From NCBI GenBank assembly GCA_965224465.1, contig OZ245049.1:1560001-1592000 (forward strand): a stretch of 32,000 nt of DNA. The letters run 5' to 3'. The notes below the pieces were generated by a model. It ran no database searches. It saw only the letters and a program-made list of their open reading frames with translations, and was not told the DNA's origin. Positions 18,421 through 24,865 of this stretch are shown here, one piece after another (the first letter of the stretch is position 1; each line of letters begins with the position of its first letter). This stretch comes from Flavobacteriaceae bacterium. GTDB lineage: Bacteria > Bacteroidota > Bacteroidia > Flavobacteriales > Flavobacteriaceae. A program made the translations under genes and the position numbers.

Positions 18421-18442
18421 AAGGGGACGTTAACGTCCCCTT
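18421..18442 (-). terminator. Strong hairpin immediately downstream of precursor 1 (attenuator/terminator candidate)
   Basis: Perfect 22-nt palindrome AAGGGGACGTTAACGTCCCCTT, 14 nt after the precursor stop codon and 15 nt before the next start codon. Confidence 0.6.
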
Positions 18443-18455
18443 AATTAATTAATTT

Positions 18456-18683
18456 TTAACAATCCTTTCCTGTACAAATAGCCCATCCACTATAGCCTCC
18501 TTGATTATAACATGCATGCTCTACAGTGGCATCATCTGCATTAGGGGCATTATCTATCCATACACCCGAATTACACTTAATACTCCATTTGTTCACATCG
18601 TCTCCACTACCTCCATTAATACTTCGTTGTTGTTCCTTACTTAATACTTTGGCACCTTCTAAATTTAATTTTAATTTTTTCAT
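18456..18683 (-). CDS. Double-glycine-leader peptide precursor 1 (bacteriocin-like, 4-Cys core)
   Basis: 75 aa. Leader MKKLKLNLEGAKVLSKEQQRSINGG ends in the GG cleavage motif. The 50-aa core is SGDDVNKWSIKCNSGVWIDNAPNADDATVEHACYNQGGYSGWAICTGKDC. The leader is shared with two other loci in the cluster. Confidence 0.8.
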   Translation of the reverse strand: MKKLKLNLEGAKVLSKEQQRSINGGSGDDVNKWSIKCNSGVWIDNAPNADDATVEHACYNQGGYSGWAICTGKDC

Positions 18684-18765
18684 TATAAAAATATTTTAAT
18701 TATTATGTTGCCTTGAACATTTAAAGACACTCAAGGTGTGTGTCTATTCCTCGCGAGAGAATATT
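18684..18765 (-). promoter_or_regulatory. Conserved 82-nt element upstream of a precursor gene (copy A)
   Basis: Identical to 20950-21031 and ~85 percent identical to 24761-24842, with the same length. It contains the palindrome TATTC-CTCGCGAG-A-GAATA (18745-18763). It also has the hairpin AGACAC(18725-30)/GTGTCT(18740-45) and a competing CCTTGA(18711-16)/TCAAGG(18731-36) pairing. Confidence 0.5.
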
Positions 18766-19078
18766 TTAATTTCCGAGCTCTAATTGATTTTCAACCAACT
18801 TAAAGTAGGATCCTTTTAAGGATATCAGTTCCTTGTGTGTTCCTTTTTCTACAATTCTCCCCTTATCAAGTACTACTATTTGGTCTGCATTTTTAACAGT
18901 ACTCAGCCTATGTGCGATAATAATAGCTGTACGGTTTTTAAAAAAAGTGTTTAGTTTTTCCATTATTACTTTTTCGTTATTTGCATCAAGAGCAGAGGTA
19001 GCCTCGTCAAAAAACAATATTTGGGATTTTTATACACCGCTCTTGCAATGAGTAATCGCTGTTTTTGTCCAGTGCTTA
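18766..19078 (-). pseudogene. Truncated, frameshifted duplicate of the 3' end of the C39-ABC exporter gene
   Basis: Nucleotide-identical to 21032-21345 except for one missing A in the run at ~19016-19017, which shifts the frame. It begins inside the LSTGQ signature codons and lacks everything upstream. The tracked 83-aa ORF ([10 protein letters not shown]...ELGN) is its distal part. Confidence 0.85.
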
Positions 19079-20634
19079 TCCAATAAGGCTCTTATCTCTT
19101 TTCCCTCTGGGCCAGGTGCATTTTTATGGATCAAATTACCTTGTTGGTCGTACAATAAATACCTTGGAATTGATTTCAGGTTTAATTGCTTATAAAAAAG
19201 TGCATTGGGATAATTTACAGCAAATAAATTGTTGCGGCTTCTAAGAAAGCCCTCCTCTTTGGAGGCTGTTTTCCATTTTTTAAAATCGCGGTCTATAGAT
19301 ATATAAACAAACGCAACCTCTTTATTGCTATAATCCTTATGTAGTTTTTTTGCTTCGGGAAATGCCGCTCTACAAGGTGCACACCAACTTGCCCAAAAAT
19401 CTACATATACCAGCTTACCTTTGTGTTTGTTTAACACATCTTTAAGTTGTGTTTTTTGTTTAAATGTGTCTATTAGATAAACTTTTTTGGTATCAGTAGT
19501 GTCTAAATAGTACGTAGTATTGATCAAATTAATATAAGTGCTATCGTTAATTGTTTTTTTGAATTTCAGAAAATATTTACTTGCATCTTGAACAGGAAAA
19601 TCTTTGATTATTTTTAGTAAATAGGTATACATTAAGTATTCTTTTACTTTTTTAGAAAAAAGGTTACTTGATTGAATTGAATCAAAAACGGCTTTCCAAT
19701 CATAATAATAACCACCACTTTTATTTAGATGAAATTCGTACTTAGTTGTCTTGTTTTCAAAATAATTAGGGAGGAATTGATAAGAAATAAAATCATGATA
19801 AAATTTATTTTCTAGTAAACTATCTCCTAGTTGTATGATACTTTTAATTGATGTTCTTTTGGGACGATGAGTTCTTTGTGAAATAGTAAATACATCTAGG
19901 TTAGACTTGAAAAACGTATCAAGTGGTAGTTCCGTCTGTTTTGCTAATCTGCTCCAGTTTATGAATGTTAATTTTTGTTTGTAGTAAGTATAGATGTCTT
20001 TAGATAATAAATCAGTAGCATATAATGAATCTAAGAAATGTTGCTGTGTCTTTAACTCCTCGAGTAATCTATTGGAGTATTCTACATTCAATTTTTTAAA
20101 GTAATTTTCCCACTTTGTTTTTGGTAGATCAAACGGTGGAAAGGGAACCCTTTTAAAACACCTCTCAAAACTAGTTAAATCATGCTTGTTATTGCCTTTT
20201 AAGGTTAATGATTCAAAGGAGTAATCATATTTTTTATGTGCTCTGTTTAAAATTGATATTATAGGTATACCCCTTATATATTTAACATAAACCGAATCTC
20301 CTGGTTTAAAAATGTAGGAAAGACCTTCTAATCCTATTTTTTCAAAATAAATTTCTTTTTTTTTGCCATTAAATGATATGTTAACAGTATCATTTAATGG
20401 TGCTCTTTGTGGATTAATATACTTACAAATCCCAGAGGAATCATAATATGACGCTATATAATTCAAATATTTTACCCCTCCAATATTTTGGCTATTCACC
20501 AATGATATATGTATTGGTTTTGGAATACAGTCAAATATTAAAGTTAGTTTTTTAGTTTTTAATTGTTCAATATTTACTTGCTTCTCTTTGTTGCAGCTAA
20601 TTATTAGAATAACAATTACTAGAAAATATCTCAT
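19030..20634 (-). CDS. TlpA-family thiol-disulfide oxidoreductase lipoprotein (module 2 partner), with a chimeric C-terminal tail
   Basis: 534 aa. Lipobox ILIISC. The C-terminal thioredoxin domain has VDFWASWCAPCRAAFP and the cis-Pro block SIPRYLLYD. The last 15 residues (HWTKTAITHCKSGV region) are translated from the duplicated ABC fragment in another frame (junction at 19078/19079). Confidence 0.75.
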   Translation of the reverse strand: MRYFLVIVILIISCNKEKQVNIEQLKTKKLTLIFDCIPKPIHISLVNSQNIGGVKYLNYIASYYDSSGICKYINPQRAPLNDTVNISFNGKKKEIYFEKIGLEGLSYIFKPGDSVYVKYIRGIPIISILNRAHKKYDYSFESLTLKGNNKHDLTSFERCFKRVPFPPFDLPKTKWENYFKKLNVEYSNRLLEELKTQQHFLDSLYATDLLSKDIYTYYKQKLTFINWSRLAKQTELPLDTFFKSNLDVFTISQRTHRPKRTSIKSIIQLGDSLLENKFYHDFISYQFLPNYFENKTTKYEFHLNKSGGYYYDWKAVFDSIQSSNLFSKKVKEYLMYTYLLKIIKDFPVQDASKYFLKFKKTINDSTYINLINTTYYLDTTDTKKVYLIDTFKQKTQLKDVLNKHKGKLVYVDFWASWCAPCRAAFPEAKKLHKDYSNKEVAFVYISIDRDFKKWKTASKEEGFLRSRNNLFAVNYPNALFYKQLNLKSIPRYLLYDQQGNLIHKNAPGPEGKEIRALLDKHWTKTAITHCKSGV

Positions 20635-20655
20635 AATGGTTTTTTGTTAGGTTAT

Positions 20656-20680
20656 AGGAAAGGAGTTTTCCTCCTTTCCT
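20656..20680 (-). terminator. Hairpin downstream of precursor 2
   Basis: 10-bp stem AGGAAAGGAG (20656-65) / CTCCTTTCCT (20671-80) with a 5-nt loop, 20 nt after the stop codon of the precursor-2 reading frame. Confidence 0.5.
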
Positions 20681-20700
20681 AAGTTTTGAATAATTGACTT

Positions 20701-20949
20701 TTAACAACCAAGATATTTTTTATGATCAGTATTTAGCCAGCTTACCTCACAGCAAGAATCGCAACAATAATTACCTCCTGTAACCGATGCTCCGTGAATT
20801 GCAGCATCACTACTAACACCAGACATACCACTAAATCCATTTCCACTGTCAAATGCACATGATCCAGCCGGCCAGCCACTACCTCCATTAATACTTCGTT
20901 GTTGTTCCTTACTTAATACTTTGGCACCTTCTAATTTTAATTTTTTTAT
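20701..20949 (-). CDS. Double-glycine-leader peptide precursor 2 (6-Cys core). ATA occupies the start position, so it is possibly a pseudogene or non-canonically initiated. Absent from the ORF track.
   Basis: My own translation of the minus strand is (ATA)KKLKLEGAKVLSKEQQRSINGG-SGWPAGSCAFDSGNGFSGMSGVSSDAAIHGASVTGGNYCCDSCCEVSWLNTDHKKYLGC, with stop TAA at 20701-20703. The leader DNA is identical to precursor 1 except for a 6-nt deletion (Asn-Leu) and ATG to ATA. An in-frame TAA lies at 20962-20964, with no ATG/GTG/TTG in between. Confidence 0.55.
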   Translation of the reverse strand: MKKLKLEGAKVLSKEQQRSINGGSGWPAGSCAFDSGNGFSGMSGVSSDAAIHGASVTGGNYCCDSCCEVSWLNTDHKKYLGC

Positions 20950-21345
20950 TATAAAAATATTTTAATTATTATGTTGCCTTGAACATTTAAAGACACTCAA
21001 GGTGTGTGTCTATTCCTCGCGAGAGAATATTTTAATTTCCGAGCTCTAATTGATTTTCAACCAACTTAAAGTAGGATCCTTTTAAGGATATCAGTTCCTT
21101 GTGTGTTCCTTTTTCTACAATTCTCCCCTTATCAAGTACTACTATTTGGTCTGCATTTTTAACAGTACTCAGCCTATGTGCGATAATAATAGCTGTACGG
21201 TTTTTAAAAAAAGTGTTTAGTTTTTCCATTATTACTTTTTCGTTATTTGCATCAAGAGCAGAGGTAGCCTCGTCAAAAAACAAATATTTGGGATTTTTAT
21301 ACACCGCTCTTGCAATGAGTAATCGCTGTTTTTGTCCAGTGCTTA
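20876..21345. repeat. Segmental duplication, copy B (within the intact ABC gene, intergenic element and precursor-2 leader)
   Basis: See copy A. Identity ends at 21345 (inside the LSTGQ codons) and at 20876 (just after the GG-SG codons). Confidence 0.9.
20950..21031 (-). promoter_or_regulatory. Conserved 82-nt element upstream of a precursor gene (copy B)
   Basis: Identical to 18684-18765. It lies between the ABC stop (21032) and the precursor-2 start position (20949). Confidence 0.5.
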
Positions 21346-23218
21346 GCCCAGCTCCTTCCATGCCTATTTTAGTGTTATAGCCTAGTGGTAGGTCATCAAT
21401 ATAATCAGAAATATTAGCAATGTCTATTGCATGATTTAATCGTTTCTGATCAATTATTTCTTCTCCAATGGCAATGTTGTTTGCAATGGTATTGTTAAAA
21501 ATATAGCCCTCTTGCATTACAACACCACAGTGTTGTCTCCATGTTTTAACGGCAATGTTTTTTAAATCGTGCTTTGCAACAAAAATGGTACCTTTATCCA
21601 ATTCATAAAAACGCATTAATAGTTTCATTAAGGTAGTTTTACCACTTCCACTTACTCCTACAATGGCGGTTATTTTATTGCTTGGTATATATAAATCCAA
21701 TTCTTTAATTACGGGTTGTAAACCTCCAATATATCGAAACGAAACTTTTTTTAATTCGATAGACGCATTAGCAGGGATCTCATTTATTTTTTGATCGCTT
21801 GTTTTCTCTTCATCATCCCTGTTGTGTATCTCTCCAAGTCTATCTAAGGATATTTTTGCATCTTGTAGTTCTCTCATAAATCCAATAAACTGAGTTACAG
21901 GTGCATTTAATTGTCCTACAATATAGCTTATAGCCATCATCATTCCTAAGGTAATATCACCATCAATTACTAATTTGGCAGACAATACGGTAATAAACAT
22001 GTTTTTTAGTTCGTTAATAAATGAAGACCCTACACTTTGGGTCTGTTCTAAAACAAGACTTTTAATTGATATTTTAAACAAACCAGCTTGTATATATTCC
22101 CAACCCCAACGCATTTGCCTTTCGGCATTGTGTAATTTAATTTCCTGCATACCTCCAATCAATTCAATTATTTTACTTTGATTGGCACTTGAGTATGAAA
22201 ACCGCTTATAATCCAATATTTTCCTGCGCTTAAAAAAGAAGAGTACCCAAGTAAAATACAAAACACTCCCCACTAAAAATACCGTGAAAATTTGCATGCT
22301 ATAATAGCTCAATACAAAACTAAACACAAAAAAATTAAACAGGGAAAAGACAACGTTTAAGGACGATGTGGTTAATATATTCTGTATCCTACGATGATCC
22401 TGTATACGTTGCATAAGATCACCTGTTAAGCGCACATCAAAAAAGGATATGGGTAAGCTCATTAATTTGATAAAAAAATCAGATATTAATGCAATACTTA
22501 TTCTAGTGCTCATATGGAGCATAATCCAACTTCTTATAATCTCAATAGATGCTTTTCCTAGGAATAGCAATAGCTGAGCTGCTAAAATTAGATAAATAAA
22601 ATGGATGTCTTGGTTTTGAATCCCTACGTCTACAATACTTTGTGTTAAAAAAGGCACCATAAGTTGTAATACACTGCCAGCCATTAAACCGATGGCTATT
22701 TGAACCAAAAACCGCTTGTATTTTAATACGTATTTAAACAAAAAGGAAAAACCAAAAGGAATCTCTTCTTCAAAGGTTTCCTGATAAAACTTAGGGGTAG
22801 GATCTACTATTAAAACGATGCCTTCCTGAGTATTTTCTGTTGCGTTATTTCCAATCCATTGACGTATAAAGTCTTGTTTATTGTATTCTAAAAGACCATT
22901 GGCAGGATCAGAAATGTACAGAACCTCTTTTTTTATTTTATAAAGGACTACATAATGATTTTTATTCCAATGCAAAATACAGGGTAAGGGGGCTTCCTGT
23001 AATTTAATAAACGATAATTGCGCTCCTAAACTTCTAAAACCAATAGATTCTACAGCTTCCCCCAAGCCCAATAAACTACTGCCTTTTCGGGTGGTTTCGC
23101 TTAGGGTCCGTAATTGTTGGGTGTTGATTGTTTTACCATAAAACTTGGTAATAATTTTGATGCAAGTAGGGCCGCAATCTTTAGACTCTGTTTGTTTATA
23201 ATTTGGGAATTTTTTCAA
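21032..23218 (-). CDS. Peptide-cleaving/export ABC transporter with an N-terminal C39 peptidase domain
   Basis: 728 aa. C39 domain with catalytic Cys in KDCGPTC and His in HWNKNHYVV. A six-helix ABC exporter membrane domain follows. The NBD has Walker A GVSGSGKTT, signature LSTGQKQR, Walker [12 protein letters not shown] and H-loop IIAHRLS. The start codon is TTG (23216-23218), directly preceded by an in-frame TAA. Confidence 0.9.
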   Translation of the reverse strand: MKKFPNYKQTESKDCGPTCIKIITKFYGKTINTQQLRTLSETTRKGSSLLGLGEAVESIGFRSLGAQLSFIKLQEAPLPCILHWNKNHYVVLYKIKKEVLYISDPANGLLEYNKQDFIRQWIGNNATENTQEGIVLIVDPTPKFYQETFEEEIPFGFSFLFKYVLKYKRFLVQIAIGLMAGSVLQLMVPFLTQSIVDVGIQNQDIHFIYLILAAQLLLFLGKASIEIIRSWIMLHMSTRISIALISDFFIKLMSLPISFFDVRLTGDLMQRIQDHRRIQNILTTSSLNVVFSLFNFFVFSFVLSYYSMQIFTVFLVGSVLYFTWVLFFFKRRKILDYKRFSYSSANQSKIIELIGGMQEIKLHNAERQMRWGWEYIQAGLFKISIKSLVLEQTQSVGSSFINELKNMFITVLSAKLVIDGDITLGMMMAISYIVGQLNAPVTQFIGFMRELQDAKISLDRLGEIHNRDDEEKTSDQKINEIPANASIELKKVSFRYIGGLQPVIKELDLYIPSNKITAIVGVSGSGKTTLMKLLMRFYELDKGTIFVAKHDLKNIAVKTWRQHCGVVMQEGYIFNNTIANNIAIGEEIIDQKRLNHAIDIANISDYIDDLPLGYNTKIGMEGAGLSTGQKQRLLIARAVYKNPKYLFFDEATSALDANNEKVIMEKLNTFFKNRTAIIIAHRLSTVKNADQIVVLDKGRIVEKGTHKELISLKGSYFKLVENQLELGN

Positions 23219-23300
23219 TTAGTTGAGTTTTTTAAATAACATTTATAGCTCAGGTAAAGCATAACCTCCACAATCTCTGCACACAATTTATAAGTTGAAT

Positions 23301-24410
23301 TTAAGTCTTCAATAAAATTGCTATTTCTTTTGCTAGTGCATCAAAGGACTTATCCTGTGGCTTTTTTAATTTTCCTTGTTTATTTATTAAATAACAGTCT
23401 GGAATACCTTGGATATCGTATTTTAATGCTACATCGTCATTTACTCCTTTTACATTGCTCATATGAATTTTAGGAACAGTATCTGCCTCTACCATTCGCT
23501 TCCAGTCTTGTCGGTTTTTGTCCATGGAATAATAAACCACCTCAAACTCATCTTTAGGGAATTTATGAACAAGTTTACTCACTACTTCTTTATTAAATGT
23601 CTTACAAGGAGCACACCACGAGGCACCGAATTGCAACAATATTACCTTTCCTTTGGAATCGGATAATTTAAGGGGGGCGCCTTGAATATTTTTTGCTTCA
23701 ATTTCTATAAATGTATCATAGTCTTTAAGGATATGGTAGGTAGCATATTTTTTAATAGCTTGTCCGTTTACTGATTGTGAAAACCTGGTATTAAGAAGCT
23801 TGTAAAAAGATTGAATGCTGTCTCTTGAGAGTTTTTTTTTATTGGATAATATAAAATCCAAAGCTAGCTTAGAATTGGCATTTTTATGTATGAAGTCGTC
23901 TAAAAATTGTCTTGATTTAGTCTTGTAAGCTTTTTTTACAATATTATGTTGCTTAGTATTGGCTATATTTTGGATTACTTCATTTTTATAGAAGGACGTA
24001 AGGTTATATATTAAATCGACCTTGGCTCCAATCACCTGTTCTGTTATAATATCATTGAGTATTGCTCCAAATAATTCTGCTTTTTTAAAGTTTTTGAAGT
24101 CTCCTTTTATTTTTATCTTTGAGTTATCAAGCCAGAATGAGATATAGGATTTTGAGTAAGTTTTCTGGAGGGTGTCATAAAAACCAAGAGTTACTTTTTT
24201 TGGTTCATTTAGGCTTCCTTTTAGTTTAAAATTAGTTTCTTTTGAATACGTTGAGTCAAGTGTTTTACCTTTATACATCAGTAAAACATTTAAATTTTCG
24301 GGCAAATTCATTATTGAGGCATCTATTACGTAGTTGTCTTTGTGTTCGTTTTTTGTACAGCTTATTAATTGAATTAATGCCATAAGTGCGAATGCTATTT
24401 TTTTTATCAT
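23301..24410 (-). CDS. TlpA-family thiol-disulfide oxidoreductase lipoprotein with a DUF4369-like N-domain (module 3 partner)
   Basis: 369 aa. Lipobox QLISC. The N-terminal beta-rich Y.IDA....P....V.L.Y.....DS pattern resembles DUF4369. The C-terminal thioredoxin domain has LLQFGASWCAPCKTF and the cis-Pro block GIPDCYLIN. Confidence 0.8.
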   Translation of the reverse strand: MIKKIAFALMALIQLISCTKNEHKDNYVIDASIMNLPENLNVLLMYKGKTLDSTYSKETNFKLKGSLNEPKKVTLGFYDTLQKTYSKSYISFWLDNSKIKIKGDFKNFKKAELFGAILNDIITEQVIGAKVDLIYNLTSFYKNEVIQNIANTKQHNIVKKAYKTKSRQFLDDFIHKNANSKLALDFILSNKKKLSRDSIQSFYKLLNTRFSQSVNGQAIKKYATYHILKDYDTFIEIEAKNIQGAPLKLSDSKGKVILLQFGASWCAPCKTFNKEVVSKLVHKFPKDEFEVVYYSMDKNRQDWKRMVEADTVPKIHMSNVKGVNDDVALKYDIQGIPDCYLINKQGKLKKPQDKSFDALAKEIAILLKT

Positions 24411-24532
24411 TTTTTTTTAATATCTTATGTTTTCCTAGTAATTATATTGGGAATTAACTAAAGGCTCCCCTCGAAATAGCCTATTTAAAAATCATAGAAT
24501 GAGGTTATCCCCCTTCTATAATTAAGTTACGG

Positions 24533-24760
24533 TTAGGAACAATTTCCAAAGCCTCCTCCATACCAAGGGAAATCGCAACCACCAGAGGCACAATCGTTGT
24601 CCCGAGAACAGGCACAGTCTTTACTTTCTTGACCATGTCCTTCGTCGTCTCGACCTTGATTGCAACCGGTGTTTGAGTCTCCACTACCTCCATTAATACT
24701 CCGTTGCTGCACCTTACTTAATACTTTAGCACCTTCTAAATTTAATTTTAATTTTTTCAT
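24533..24760 (-). CDS. Double-glycine-leader peptide precursor 3 (bacteriocin-like, 6-Cys core)
   Basis: 75 aa. Leader MKKLKLNLEGAKVLSKVQQRSINGG. The 50-aa core is SGDSNTGCNQGRDDEGHGQESKDCACSRDNDCASGGCDFPWYGGGFGNCS. Confidence 0.8.
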   Translation of the reverse strand: MKKLKLNLEGAKVLSKVQQRSINGGSGDSNTGCNQGRDDEGHGQESKDCACSRDNDCASGGCDFPWYGGGFGNCS

Positions 24761-24842
24761 TGTTAAAAATTTTATTAATTATATTTGCCTCGAACATTTA
24801 AAGACACTCAAGGTGTGTGTCTATTCTTCGCGAGAGAATATT
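24761..24842 (-). promoter_or_regulatory. Conserved 82-nt element upstream of a precursor gene (copy C, diverged)
   Basis: Same length and register as copies A and B. The distal 55 nt are nearly identical (two substitutions). The palindrome is retained as TATTCT-TCGCGA-G-AGAATA. This copy is not attached to any ABC fragment. Confidence 0.5.
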
Positions 24843-24865
24843 GTTCTACAATCCCTTTGCTTTAA

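Larger units (their letters stand above)
18604..19078. repeat. Segmental duplication, copy A (leader + 82-nt element + ABC 3' end)
   Basis: Direct comparison with 20876-21345 shows three differences: a 6-nt indel, one C/T difference at the start codon and one 1-nt indel. Identity stops abruptly at both ends. Confidence 0.9.

Noticed and set aside
18833-19051. Plus-strand 72-aa ORF, and its twin at 21099-21380, which share an identical ~60-aa N-terminus
   Set aside because: Both lie antisense to ABC-NBD coding sequence. Their identity is simply a consequence of the segmental duplication, and they have hydrophobic low-complexity translations with no motif.
24505-24693. 62-aa same-strand ORF overlapping precursor 3 in another frame (ends ...NLIIEGG)
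   Set aside because: It is a shadow frame of the precursor-3 gene. It has no leader or family features, and the conserved leader and 82-nt element phase with the 24533-24760 frame instead.
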